DNA of 64,000 nucleotides, from positions 137,859-201,858 of the forward strand of contig CAVPNY010000020.1 in NCBI GenBank assembly GCA_963706905.1, in the 5' to 3' direction. The notes beneath the pieces are model-generated. The model was not told the DNA's origin and made no database searches. It worked only from the letters and a program-made list of their open reading frames with translations. Origin of the DNA: an uncultured Chloroflexia bacterium. Lineage in GTDB: Bacteria > Chloroflexota > Anaerolineae > Anaerolineales > UBA4823. Each line of letters begins with the position of its first letter. Positions within the stretch are counted from its first letter, which is position 1. A program made the position numbers and the translations under genes. Shown here one piece after another: positions 9,069-18,203 of this stretch.

Positions 9069-9138
9069 TTGATCGGATATCAGATTGTGGAATCACCGAA
9101 TTTGGAAGAAAATCGGTGATTCGCAACCTGATCGATGG
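9069..9138. repeat. IS21-end-like motif cluster (possible solo terminus remnant)
   Basis: Three blocks occur in the same order as in the IS end at 5409-5466: TTGATCGG (9069-9076), GGAATCACCGA (9089-9099), AATCGGTGAT (9111-9120). TGATCGATGG follows at 9129-9138. Confidence 0.35.
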
Positions 9139-9310
9139 TCTGTTGCAGGCGGTTGGTATGTCGCAGAGAGACGCATCTGGCCACAAATCCCGCCCCAGCC
9201 AATTGCTGGCTTTACTCCAGCAATCAATTTAGCTTGTCTTAACTATAGACATTTTCAATATTGATGTCAAGGGGATTTGCTGACAGATTGCTGACAATCC
9301 AGCGTTGAGC

Positions 9311-9895
9311 CTAATGCAAGTTAGCCTGGATAGCCTGGACCAGAACGGCTGGATCGACGTACATGGTGCGGTTGGGATTATCAGGAGCGCCGTAGTCCTG
9401 GATCCAGTGTATCTTCCCGTCTGCCCCGATTAAGATGAATGTATGGCCAGGCTCGCCTGTGTCTATTGCCCATTTGAGCACATCGTAGGCTGCGGAAACG
9501 GCACCATCAGCATCGGTGAGCAGTGGCACATCCCGGATGCCGAACTCGGCGGCAACTTGCTGCAGCTCTTGCGGTGAGTCTTTGGCGATCGATATCAGGT
9601 GAACGCCAGTGTCCTGAAAATCGGGATTGGTTTGCAGATCGACGATCTGCTGGTTGCAGGGTGGTCAGCCATTGGCCATGTGGAAGTAAAGCAATACTGG
9701 CTGGCCCTTATAGCCGGCTAGCGAGATGGTGCGCCCATCAGAAGCCGGCAAGCTGAAATCAGGAGCAGTTGAGCCGACCTGCAGGCTTGCGGGGCTGGCC
9801 TGGGCGCAACTGACCAGGCTGATCAAAGCCAGTACGGCTAGCAGAGTCCAGACCAATGGCTGGAAAACGATTTTTATTTTCGACAAGACATTCAC
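9311..9895 (-). CDS. TlpA/ResA-like thioredoxin-fold lipoprotein with an in-frame TGA in the redox motif (candidate selenoprotein, U-P-P-C)
   Basis: ORFs 9665..9895 and 9311..9529 are in the same frame (585 nt, which is 195 codons). The only interruption is TGA at 9667..9665, giving ..QPVLLYFHMANG[TGA]PPCNQQIVDLQ... Signal peptide with lipobox (LISLVSC). The downstream part is a normal TlpA-like fold. The start (GTG 9895) is uncertain. Confidence 0.7.
9634..9650 (-). promoter_or_regulatory. 17-nt hairpin 14 nt 3' of the in-frame UGA (candidate bacterial SECIS apical stem-loop)
   Basis: Minus-strand RNA reads UGA-N14-GCAGAUC-GUC-GAUCUGC. The stem is a perfect 7 bp and the apical loop contains G and U. 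Confidence 0.4.
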
Positions 9896-9962
9896 TAGAT
9901 ATTAGAATAAGTAGATAGATTATATCTGGTTTATTTAGTCAGATTCAATTTAGAGAGATTCA

Positions 9963-10448
9963 TCAGGGCTGGGTTGATTGCGCTAACGATCCGTAGCAGA
10001 ATTTATCAACCAGGTTGTTATCATTATCGCGCAGGTAGGCGCAATCGCCGTGATCGTTCCAGACTGGATCATCTAACCCCCAGTAGAGATCCCAGGGCCA
10101 GTTCTGACCTGCTTTGGTCCAGACCTTGACTGTATCATTCGCCATCAGGGAAAAGACTGGGAAGGTATAGACGTTGGCGTTTTCATCGCGCAAAGTCCAA
10201 CCTTCCATCGACTCCAAAGGATCAATATTAATATTCTCGATCTCAACATACTCATCCAACGCGTTCGGCGTGGGTTGATAGTCGATATCGATCAGGTAGA
10301 TGCCTGGAACAGGTGTGGGCGTGGGTTGAATAGGGTAATCAGAGAGGACCACAGGCAGGTAGAAAATCTCTTCCAGGGCGGCGCGCACAACGACCACGCT
10401 TCCCAGGGCGAGCAGCACAGCCAGAAACCATTTCAGGCGTTTGGACAT
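9963..10448 (-). CDS. lamin-tail-domain (LTD) secreted protein, paralog 1
   Basis: N-terminal anchor (LKWFLAVLLALGSVVVV). LTD-like core (EYVEIENINIDPLESMEGWTLRD..VKVWTKAG..PVWNDHGDCAYLRD). ATG 10448 is preferred over TTG 10466. Confidence 0.75.
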   Translation of the reverse strand: MSKRLKWFLAVLLALGSVVVVRAALEEIFYLPVVLSDYPIQPTPTPVPGIYLIDIDYQPTPNALDEYVEIENINIDPLESMEGWTLRDENANVYTFPVFSLMANDTVKVWTKAGQNWPWDLYWGLDDPVWNDHGDCAYLRDNDNNLVDKFCYGSLAQSTQP

Positions 10449-10454
10449 GAGTGA

Positions 10455-10460
10455 ATTATA
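10455..10460 (-). promoter_or_regulatory. TATAAT box 6 nt upstream of the ATG (possible leaderless transcript)
   Basis: The minus strand reads GGTTTATAATTCACTCATG, with no SD. The same arrangement occurs at the paralog (11104-11109). Confidence 0.35.
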
Positions 10461-10539
10461 AACCAACTCAAAGAACCGGCTTCAGATTTCCCAGCTGAAC
10501 TCAGCTCGCACAAACTGCGCGCTCGGGGGAGCTGAAGAT

Positions 10540-11097
10540 TTATGGCGTAGTGACCGGTGGGGCAAAGAAGATCATGCCGAGGATATCGTCTTCAAGGTAG
10601 CAGATCCCGTCGATTCGTTCGCGCGGGTCTTCACCGTTCATCACAAAAGCGCAGTCTTCGTGGTCATTCCAGAATTCATCTTCTCGATTCATGAAGAGAT
10701 CATCAAAGTCATTGCCGCCGGACTTGGTCCAGATCTCCACGATGTCGTCCGTCCCGAGGGTGAACTCGAAGGCGAGGTCGAATTTGTTGCTGGTATCGCT
10801 GGAGATGCGCCAGTTCTCCATGTCGACGGATTCGCTCGACGAGAGGTTCTCCAGGCGGATGAACTCGTTCAAGGGGCCGTTGAAGGGGGCAAAGTCGATT
10901 TCGGTTATGCATACCCCGGAGGTCTTTAATGAGAGACAAGGCGTGTCAGGAGTCATGGAGGGGCTGGGGGTGGGAATGGTGGGATACCCGGAGCGGATAA
11001 CTGGCAGATAGAGCATCTCATCCAGGGCGGCGTTCACAACGATCACGCTTCCCAGGGCAAGCAGCAAGGCTACCAAACATATTCCGCGCTTGGACAT
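10540..11097 (-). CDS. lamin-tail-domain (LTD) secreted protein, paralog 2
   Basis: Signal anchor, PT-rich linker and LTD core (NEFIRLENLSSSESVDMENWRISSD..VEIWTKSGGND..EFWNDHEDCAFV). Confidence 0.75.
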   Translation of the reverse strand: MSKRGICLVALLLALGSVIVVNAALDEMLYLPVIRSGYPTIPTPSPSMTPDTPCLSLKTSGVCITEIDFAPFNGPLNEFIRLENLSSSESVDMENWRISSDTSNKFDLAFEFTLGTDDIVEIWTKSGGNDFDDLFMNREDEFWNDHEDCAFVMNGEDPRERIDGICYLEDDILGMIFFAPPVTTP

Positions 11098-11103
11098 GGG
11101 TAA

Positions 11104-11109
11104 ATTATA
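11104..11109 (-). promoter_or_regulatory. TATAAT box 6 nt upstream of the ATG (possible leaderless transcript)
   Basis: The minus strand reads AGTTTATAATTTACCCATG, with no SD. Confidence 0.35.
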
Positions 11110-11185
11110 AACTAACCCTATGAATCGACCTTGCTGGTTTTTGTGCGAATTCCAATCACACTACTTCAGGATACTGAAGTTTAGG

Positions 11186-13492
11186 TCAGTGCTGGATCAT
11201 GGGTAGATAGTTCGGCCAATATGGCTGTGCCTGGGTGGTCAAGATGGTTCCATAATCTCCTACCAGCCAGCCTTTATTGGGATTTACGAAAGATAATCCC
11301 CGGATGGAGATGCCGGAAACCGAATTCTCCACGGATTTCCAGGAAGTTCCGCCATTATCGGTGTAATAAACCATGCCCTTATCTCCGACCAGCCAGCCGT
11401 TGAGTGCATCCACGAACTGGACATCCTGGAAATCGCCAGAGACATCCATATCCTCCCGAATCTGCCACAGGTCGCCGCCGTTGCTGGTCTGGTAAAGGCC
11501 TTCTCCAGCGATCCAGCCTTTTAGATTGTTGATCATCTCGATGGCATAAAATCGGACTGGGCAGTTTGGCCAGCCACAATCAACGCTTTGTGCAGCCCAG
11601 GATGCTCCACCATCAGAGGTATGGATTACTTTGCCCAGCCCACCGGCAGCCCAGCCATGTTGAGGGTCAGTAAAGTCCAGTTCACCCTGGACATCCGCAT
11701 ATCCAACACTCATCGAACCCGCTACTCCTGTTTGGACCCATTCCCAATGCTCGCCCCCATCTGTGGTGTGGGCAAAATAGGGCTCGGTTTGGTCTGCCAC
11801 TTGGTTGTAATGTCCATCATCCAACGCCCATCCGGTCTGGTTATCAATAAACTGGATGTCAAAGAATTCAGGCTCAAGACCGGTGAATAGTTCTTGCCCT
11901 TGCTCTATCCAATTTTGACCTCCATCTTCGGTATGCAGGATTGCGTATTGGCCAACATCTTCAGAGCGTCCGACCGCCCAGCCATTCAGGCTGTCGGTGA
12001 AATGCAGTCCATCCAATCGGAAAATGCTAAACAAGGCATCTGACAGAGGTGGCTGCTCATATTGAGATTCCCAGGTCTGCCCTCCGTCCGAAGTGGCCAG
12101 GATGATCTGACCTCGATGATCTGGTGCGTAGGTACGACTGCCAACTACCCACCCTAGATGTTCATCTACGAAAAAAACGTCTTCAAAGCGGAAGTGGGTG
12201 TTGAGATAAGCCGTCTCGAACAGGCAATCGCAGTTATTGCACGATGGTTCAGGCGGTGTCCATGCGCATGAATCCCAGGCGCGATCCGTAATCACCCTGT
12301 AATCGTGATCCCCGAGAGCGATCACCTGGTCGGTGGTGATAGCTATCCCATAGAGACCGTCAAGCTCATGAAATTCCATCTTGACCTTTTCCCAGTTATC
12401 GCCGCCGTCCAGGGTACGCCAGACAGGCGGACCCCATGCCCCGATATAGTTTGCCCCGACCGCATAGCCGTGCTGCGAATTAATAAACTGGACATCCCAT
12501 AGCATATCGTAGAAACTGCCTGGCTCTTGACGTTCCCAGGTCTGACCGCCATCCGCGGTGTGAAAGACTGCCCCGCCCGTTTCAGTGCTCAGGGTAAGAA
12601 AACCGACGGCCCACCCGTGAAGAGCGTCGATGAAATCGGCGTTGGTGAGCGAGATCTGCAGATCAGGATTGTATTGCTCGTTCCAGGTCTGGCCACCGTC
12701 GGGGGTATGGTAGACGACGGGATTGTGAATGGGTCTTCCATAAGCATCGTCACCTTCATAATTGACGCCAACCACCCAGCCAGTTTGCAGGTCAATGAAG
12801 TCCAGACCGCGCAGAATGCTGGCTCGTTCCGAGATGTCCAATTCATCCCAGGTAACGCCGCCGTCAGTGGTGCTCCACAGGCTGGCATCCCAGTTATCAG
12901 CGGTCCCCCATACATCATAGTGGGTTGGTTTAATTGATGAAGCCCATCCGTGAAGGTTGTCTGCAAAGGCAACACTTAGGAATTCCTCAGTGGTGCCGCT
13001 GTTCAGGCGGTTCCAATGTTTACCACCATCTCTGGTGCGCAGGATCACCCCCTCTAGGCCCACTGCCCAGCCATGAGTCGCATCTACAAAGTCAACTTCG
13101 TTTAGAATCGCTGTGCTAGGGAGATCCTGGGGGAGCCAGGTTTCCCCGCCGTCGGTGGTCTTAAGGATGGTGCCGACGTAAGCTTTACCTTCTTGATCCC
13201 AATGCGGATAACCAACAGCCCAACCCAGGGTGGAGTTGACAAATTCCAGATCATATATGTAGTATGAGGTTTCTTCGAATTGCTTGATCAAATCATAGCG
13301 ATAACCAGCCAGTGGGAGCGCCGGGGATATAGGTGGGGACGGATGGGTGGAATAGGGACTACGGCGCTCACTCTCGGTCTGGTTCCCAGCCAGCGAGAGA
13401 CTGAAGGGCAGGCAGATGAGCAAACACAAGATAGCCAGAAGGGCAACTTTCCAGACTTTTCTGCGAAAGGATTTGGAAAGGGACGCGTTCAT
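11186..13492 (-). CDS. BNR/Asp-box repeat (sialidase/Ycf48-like beta-propeller) secreted protein
   Basis: 768 aa. SD AAGGAGG. Signal anchor. About 12 Asp-box motifs (TTDGGETW, TRDGGKHW, TTDGGVTW, TPDGGQTW, TADGGQTW, TLDGGDNW, TSDGGQTW, TEDGGQNW, TTDGGEHW, TSDGGASW, ...). Confidence 0.8.
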   Translation of the reverse strand: MNASLSKSFRRKVWKVALLAILCLLICLPFSLSLAGNQTESERRSPYSTHPSPPISPALPLAGYRYDLIKQFEETSYYIYDLEFVNSTLGWAVGYPHWDQEGKAYVGTILKTTDGGETWLPQDLPSTAILNEVDFVDATHGWAVGLEGVILRTRDGGKHWNRLNSGTTEEFLSVAFADNLHGWASSIKPTHYDVWGTADNWDASLWSTTDGGVTWDELDISERASILRGLDFIDLQTGWVVGVNYEGDDAYGRPIHNPVVYHTPDGGQTWNEQYNPDLQISLTNADFIDALHGWAVGFLTLSTETGGAVFHTADGGQTWERQEPGSFYDMLWDVQFINSQHGYAVGANYIGAWGPPVWRTLDGGDNWEKVKMEFHELDGLYGIAITTDQVIALGDHDYRVITDRAWDSCAWTPPEPSCNNCDCLFETAYLNTHFRFEDVFFVDEHLGWVVGSRTYAPDHRGQIILATSDGGQTWESQYEQPPLSDALFSIFRLDGLHFTDSLNGWAVGRSEDVGQYAILHTEDGGQNWIEQGQELFTGLEPEFFDIQFIDNQTGWALDDGHYNQVADQTEPYFAHTTDGGEHWEWVQTGVAGSMSVGYADVQGELDFTDPQHGWAAGGLGKVIHTSDGGASWAAQSVDCGWPNCPVRFYAIEMINNLKGWIAGEGLYQTSNGGDLWQIREDMDVSGDFQDVQFVDALNGWLVGDKGMVYYTDNGGTSWKSVENSVSGISIRGLSFVNPNKGWLVGDYGTILTTQAQPYWPNYLPMIQH

Positions 13493-13810
13493 CGATGCCT
13501 CCTTGTGGCGATATGTTGGTCGGGGAGATTATTGATCACTATACTCCATCACTGTTTGTGATGTCAAGAACAATTGAACCCTCAGCCATATAAGCCAACT
13601 GGAAGCACATAAACTTAATCTTTCTGGCGTTTAAAGACTCCCATACCCACACCTCACTTGCCTCCCCGTTTCTGTCACGCCGGGAGATGATAAAAATGTA
13701 AGAGGTAATTGGACGGTGCTGCCGCTCCATAACTTTCTTTTTAACTCTCTCATTCTCACCCCTTTTCGGAGGGTAGGGCGAGGTCAGGGTTATGCAAGTA
13801 TAAAAACCAG

Positions 13811-13848
13811 AAAGCACCTCCCAAAAGACTAAATTTGGGAGGTGCTTT
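13811..13848. terminator. perfect 15-bp hairpin flanked by T/A runs (bidirectional terminator candidate)
   Basis: AAAGCACCTCCCAAA (13811-13825) / TTTGGGAGGTGCTTT (13834-13848). Followed by TTTC on the plus strand and CTGGTTTTT on the minus strand. Confidence 0.5.
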
Positions 13849-13865
13849 TTTCTGCAGGGAGAGTT

Positions 13866-13920
13866 GTAAAAAAGACCTCGGAAGTTGTTCAAGCCAGCTT
13901 AGCCTGAGACTTCCGAGGTC
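13866..13920 (-). terminator. rho-independent terminator of LTD paralog 3
   Basis: 12-bp stem, GACCTCGGAAGT (13874-13885) / ACTTCCGAGGTC (13909-13920), followed on the minus strand by TTTTTTAC. It lies 16 nt past the stop at 13936. Confidence 0.6.
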
Positions 13921-13935
13921 AGGGGAGCGGGGAAT

Positions 13936-14517
13936 TTACGGTGCGGTAACCGGTGGGGCGAAGAAGATCACGCCGAGGGTGTCATCTGCGCGGAAGCAGA
14001 TGGAATCAACTTTTGCCCTTTCATCGTCAATCACATAGGCGCAGTCTTCGTTGTTGTTCCAGAATTGATCTTCACGATCCATAAAGAGTTCGTCGGTGTC
14101 ATTGTCGCCGGATTTGGTCCAGATCTTTACGGTTTTATCCGACCCGAGGGTGAATGCGAAGTTGATGTCGTATTTATTGCCGCTGTCGCTGGAGATTCGC
14201 CAGTCCTTCATGTCATAGGACTTGCTCGACGAGATGTTCTTCAGGCGGATGAACTCGGTCGAGACGCCGCCTTCGAAATCGATATCGATAATGCACACAC
14301 CAGAGGTCTTCAACGAGAGACAGGGAGTGTCAGGAGTTTTGGTAGGTGTGGGGGTCTTGGTGGGCGTAGGCGTCACGGTGGGCGTGGCGGAGGGCTGGAG
14401 CGGGTAACTGTTGTTCACAATGGGGAGGTAGTTTACGGACAACATGGAGGCGCGGGCAATGATCACCACACCCAGGGTGAGCATCACTGCCACAATCAAC
14501 TTGAGAGTTTTAGACAT
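13936..14517 (-). CDS. lamin-tail-domain (LTD) secreted protein, paralog 3
   Basis: SD AAGGAG. Signal anchor, TPTPTKTPTPTKTP linker and an LTD core closely similar to paralog 2 (TEFIRLKNISSSKSYDMKDWRISSD..VKIWTKSGDND..QFWNNNEDCAYV). Confidence 0.75.
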   Translation of the reverse strand: MSKTLKLIVAVMLTLGVVIIARASMLSVNYLPIVNNSYPLQPSATPTVTPTPTKTPTPTKTPDTPCLSLKTSGVCIIDIDFEGGVSTEFIRLKNISSSKSYDMKDWRISSDSGNKYDINFAFTLGSDKTVKIWTKSGDNDTDELFMDREDQFWNNNEDCAYVIDDERAKVDSICFRADDTLGVIFFAPPVTAP

Positions 14518-15032
14518 CTTGGAATTCTCCTTATTCTGATCTTTAATCTTTATCGCTGGCTGGGTAGCCTGGTTAAAAAGCTGACCAGGCTGCTAGATGG
14601 CAATCCAGCATATGCATGGCGGCACAGCCTGGCTTGCCGGCCAGGGAGAAGCGCCGCTAAATAAACCTGCCTCACGTTAATACGCTTAACTAGCCTGCGC
14701 CTTACACAGGACGCAGGATTCTCCTGCAGCTCTTATTATAATATAACGCTCAAACGTTGGTGAAGGTTCCACATTACTCCCAGCATTATTTCAATATACT
14801 CTCAGGACCTATGGTTCATTTATCTTCGATTTAATCTTCGCCAGCCTGAGGCCAGCCCCGGGCCGTCAATCTCACATTGACATTCCCGGTTTGTAGGGTA
14901 TAATCAAGCCGGACAAGAACATTTGTTCTATTGCTCGGTCGAGGTCATGAAGACTGGAGGAAGGTTGGGAGCGATGGCGGCTGGAAGGTGCTGCGCACCC
15001 GGTCATGCGATGACCACCCCGGACGAGTTGCA

Positions 15033-15464
15033 ATGAGGCTGCCAGATTCGGTGCAGCGCTGGCTGAGGGGGTTGGCCTATCGTAGCTGGAGGCGCAGCCT
15101 GGATGCAGGACTGGCGGAGGCAATGCGGGTCATTGCTGACCAGGAGCAGCGGGCAGAGGAGGATGTGGCGGCGGACATGCTGCTGGTTGCCCTGGATCGG
15201 CGAAGGTCAGCCGAGTTCAGCCTGGAGCGCTGGAGCCGGCTGAGTCTGCGCGAGCAAGAAGTGACCGCCCTGGTGTGTCTCAAGCTGAGTAATCAGGAGA
15301 TAGCTGAGCGGCTGGTGGTCTCTGTTGAGACGGTCAGAACTCACATGCGGAGCGTCTTGCAGAAGCTTGACCTGCACAGCAAGGCTGAGCTGCGCCTGAT
15401 GTACGTTGATTGGGATTTTGGTCGGTGGCTGGAGAACTTGCCTGTTGAGGATTCTAATGAGTAA
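15033..15464 (+). CDS. LuxR/GerE-family HTH transcriptional regulator
   Basis: C-terminal LSLREQEVTALVCLKLSNQEIAERLVVSVETVRTHMRSVLQKLDL. ATG 15033 is preferred over the TTG at 14931. Confidence 0.7.
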   Translation: MRLPDSVQRWLRGLAYRSWRRSLDAGLAEAMRVIADQEQRAEEDVAADMLLVALDRRRSAEFSLERWSRLSLREQEVTALVCLKLSNQEIAERLVVSVETVRTHMRSVLQKLDLHSKAELRLMYVDWDFGRWLENLPVEDSNE

Positions 15465-15599
15465 GGGGGCTTTTCGGGGGAACTATTTTGTGCGAAATGG
15501 GGTTAATCGATCAGATCGCACATTTTGATCGCCGATCTCAGGCGAGATGGCTCGGAGCATTATTTTATTATTATTTGATACATTCTGGAGGAGGCGCGC

Positions 15600-15878
15600 A
15601 TGGCGAGCAAAATCTTGGGCTGGATTCTGGTGGTGCTGGGCGTCCTGGCTTTCCTGGCCGGGTTGTACGGGTTTATCGCAGCGCAGGCTGCCGAGCTGGT
15701 GCCGAATGTGATGCCAGTTTTCGAGAGCGCAGACCTGCAAGTGATCGCCGAGCTGCTGGATAAGATCGCCCTGGTGCTGGAGAAATTTGCGCTATTGAGT
15801 ATCCCGGTGCAGTGGGCGCTGATTGGGTTGGGCAGCATAGGGGTGGGGGCTTATTTATTGAAATCTAAGGCGTTCTGA
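15600..15878 (+). CDS. small two-TM membrane protein
   Basis: SD GGAGGAGG 6 nt upstream. 92 aa with hydrophobic N- and C-terminal helices. Confidence 0.55.
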   Translation: MASKILGWILVVLGVLAFLAGLYGFIAAQAAELVPNVMPVFESADLQVIAELLDKIALVLEKFALLSIPVQWALIGLGSIGVGAYLLKSKAF

Positions 15879-15928
15879 GCGTTCGAAATTTGCGCATAGT
15901 CATCTCAAGCCTGCCTGGGCAATCACGC

Positions 15929-16855
15929 TCACCCAAAATGGCGCTCTAATTCGGATGTGTAGCGTTGACCCAAACGGCTGGCATTGTCTTCCAGCCAATC
16001 GCCGAAAAGTGTGCGCCCGCGCGGCAACTCATGGGAGACGAGCAGCTCGGCCATCAAGCCATCGATCTCGTGGCGGGTGATCAACACATCGTTAAATGAT
16101 AGACCTAACGCTCTGGAAGCCAGGTAAGCCAGCCCGGGCGGCAGGTGGAAGAAACCCACTCGGCGACCCAACCCGGCCGCGATCAGGCGTAAAGATCCTT
16201 CAAAGGTGAAAATCTTGGGTCCAGCGGCGTCCCAGGTCAGGTTTTCAGCTGCTTGCCCCGCCTGTACGGCGATCTCAGCTACATCGCCAGCGTAAATTGG
16301 CTGCAGGCGATAAGCTCCATCTCCTGGGATGGCAAAGACTGGCAGCCGGCGTAGCAGGTAGGCGATATTGTTGACCAGGATATCTTCTGGGGCGTAGACC
16401 AGGGTAGGCCGGATGATGGCGTAGGAGAGACCGCTGTCCTGGACAGCCTGCTCAAGGATGTGTTTTCCTTGAAAATACGGGAAAGGTGAGTTGGGCGGCG
16501 GGTTGGTAACGCTGATGTGCACGATGCGCTGCACACCGGCGCTGAGGGCAGCCTGGATCAGCAGGCGAGTGTTGGCGATAGCTTGGTCATAGGAGACCTG
16601 GCCGTGGTTGAAACGCACCCAGTAAGTATTATATAAAGTAGAGACGCCCTCCAGGCTGGCAGCCAGAGCCTGCGGTTGATCGAAATGAAAGGGATAAGCT
16701 CGAATCTTACCTTCAAAGAGGTGAACCCGCTCCGTGTGATTGGTTAATGTGACCACCGGATAGCCTAGATCAAGCAGGCGGCGAGCAATGTAGCGCCCGG
16801 TGTAGGAGAAAGCCCCGGTGACGGCGATGAGATTTTGGGTTTCTGGTAGGTCCAT
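15929..16855 (-). CDS. NAD(P)-binding SDR/NmrA-like epimerase-dehydratase family protein
   Basis: N-terminal Rossmann motif (IAVTGAFSYTGRYIARRLL) over 308 aa. Confidence 0.8.
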   Translation of the reverse strand: MDLPETQNLIAVTGAFSYTGRYIARRLLDLGYPVVTLTNHTERVHLFEGKIRAYPFHFDQPQALAASLEGVSTLYNTYWVRFNHGQVSYDQAIANTRLLIQAALSAGVQRIVHISVTNPPPNSPFPYFQGKHILEQAVQDSGLSYAIIRPTLVYAPEDILVNNIAYLLRRLPVFAIPGDGAYRLQPIYAGDVAEIAVQAGQAAENLTWDAAGPKIFTFEGSLRLIAAGLGRRVGFFHLPPGLAYLASRALGLSFNDVLITRHEIDGLMAELLVSHELPRGRTLFGDWLEDNASRLGQRYTSELERHFG

Positions 16856-16906
16856 AAGAGCGGTTCAATCAGCAGCAGGGGCTGCAGTCTTAGCGGAGTT
16901 ATGCAG

Positions 16907-17923
16907 CTAGATCACCTTGCAAGCGATAATAGTCGTGTCATCAGACAGTGGTTGCCCTTCAGAGAATATCTCAATACTCCGGCGCAGCCCAGTGACGATC
17001 TGAGCTGTGGGCAGATGGCGCATCCCGGTGACGGTCTCAGCCAGCCGTATTTCACCGAACAACTGCCGGACCGGATTCATCGTCTCAGTGACGCCATCCG
17101 TATAGCTGAGCAATAGATCGCCTGCGCGCAAGGAGCAGCTTTCAAGGCGGTAATGCGCTCCTTCGATTAATCCAATAGCCGGACCAGTGGGATGCAGCCA
17201 GACAGGCTCTCCTGTGGCGTTGACCAGTAAGGGAGGATTATGCCCGGCTGAGATATAGGAGAAGCGCTGCGCTGACAGGTCAAAACGCCCGATCAGCAAG
17301 GTAATAAACAAGGTCAGGTTGATATTGTTCTGGTAAATATGCAGGAGCCGGCTGATCAGCTCGTCTGGATCACGGCTGAATGGCGCCAGGGTGCGCAGGG
17401 AGGTTTGCAAGCTGGCCATGACCAGTCCGGCAGAAATACCATGCCCCGCCACATCTGCCACAACCAGTCCAAAGGAGCCGTCACTATATTGTATGAAGTC
17501 GAAGATATCCCCGCCAACGATCTGCGCCGGGCGGCTGAAAGCAGCCAGCTCCAGACCCGGTATGTAGGGAATCTCGCTGGGTAGCAACGCCCTCTGCACG
17601 CTCTGCGCCAGCTCAAGTTCGCGTTCCAATTCGCGCACTTCCGGTTCAGTGAAGTGGTCGATACACACGCTGGCAGTGTAATCCATCTCCAGATGCTGGG
17701 TGCCGATGTGGAGATGGCAGACATCGCATAGCCCGAAAGTCCCATCCCCCGTTTTGGCGATGACACCATCGATGACGTGCAGGTGATCAGCAAACTGGCT
17801 CTCACCGGCTGTCCCCAGGCGCTTTTGGCGCTCCTCGAGGGGTGCATTGGAGAACCAATTATCCAGCGTCCGGCGCTTTTCTCGCAAGTTTTCGCCAATG
17901 AGTTGATACATTGCGACTTCCAT
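16907..17923 (-). CDS. PP2C/SpoIIE-family serine phosphatase (RsbU-like) with an N-terminal Cys-rich segment
   Basis: AQSVQRALLP..PAQIVGGDIFDF..LVVADVAGHGISAGLVMA..GHNPPLL..SDDTTII. The N-terminus holds CDVCH..(17)..CIDH, possibly a zinc ribbon. Confidence 0.85.
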   Translation of the reverse strand: MEVAMYQLIGENLREKRRTLDNWFSNAPLEERQKRLGTAGESQFADHLHVIDGVIAKTGDGTFGLCDVCHLHIGTQHLEMDYTASVCIDHFTEPEVRELERELELAQSVQRALLPSEIPYIPGLELAAFSRPAQIVGGDIFDFIQYSDGSFGLVVADVAGHGISAGLVMASLQTSLRTLAPFSRDPDELISRLLHIYQNNINLTLFITLLIGRFDLSAQRFSYISAGHNPPLLVNATGEPVWLHPTGPAIGLIEGAHYRLESCSLRAGDLLLSYTDGVTETMNPVRQLFGEIRLAETVTGMRHLPTAQIVTGLRRSIEIFSEGQPLSDDTTIIACKVI

Positions 17924-18203
17924 TTAATCCTTCTCCATGTATTTCGAAGCAATTCTCCCGATCTGTGGGAAATCTTCGATGCAGGCTATACAACAACTTG
18001 TTCGTGATGGAACACTTTCATTGAAGATGAGATCACCAGTGAGCTTTGATGGAGATGGAATACGCTGGGAGAGTGGGATAAGTGTTCTATTTCGGTGAAT
18101 TGTATCCATTAAATGCAGATTGCTCAAGTAGTCTGATTGGTTGCTGAAACTGCTTGGCACTATCGAAAACAGGTTGATATGCGTATCTGTGCAGGCGTCA
18201 TCC

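Noticed and set aside
13539-13892. 117-aa minus-strand ORF between the BNR gene and LTD paralog 3
   Set aside because: It spans two strong terminator hairpins, has no SD and has an odd composition. It is more likely an intergenic terminator and promoter region.
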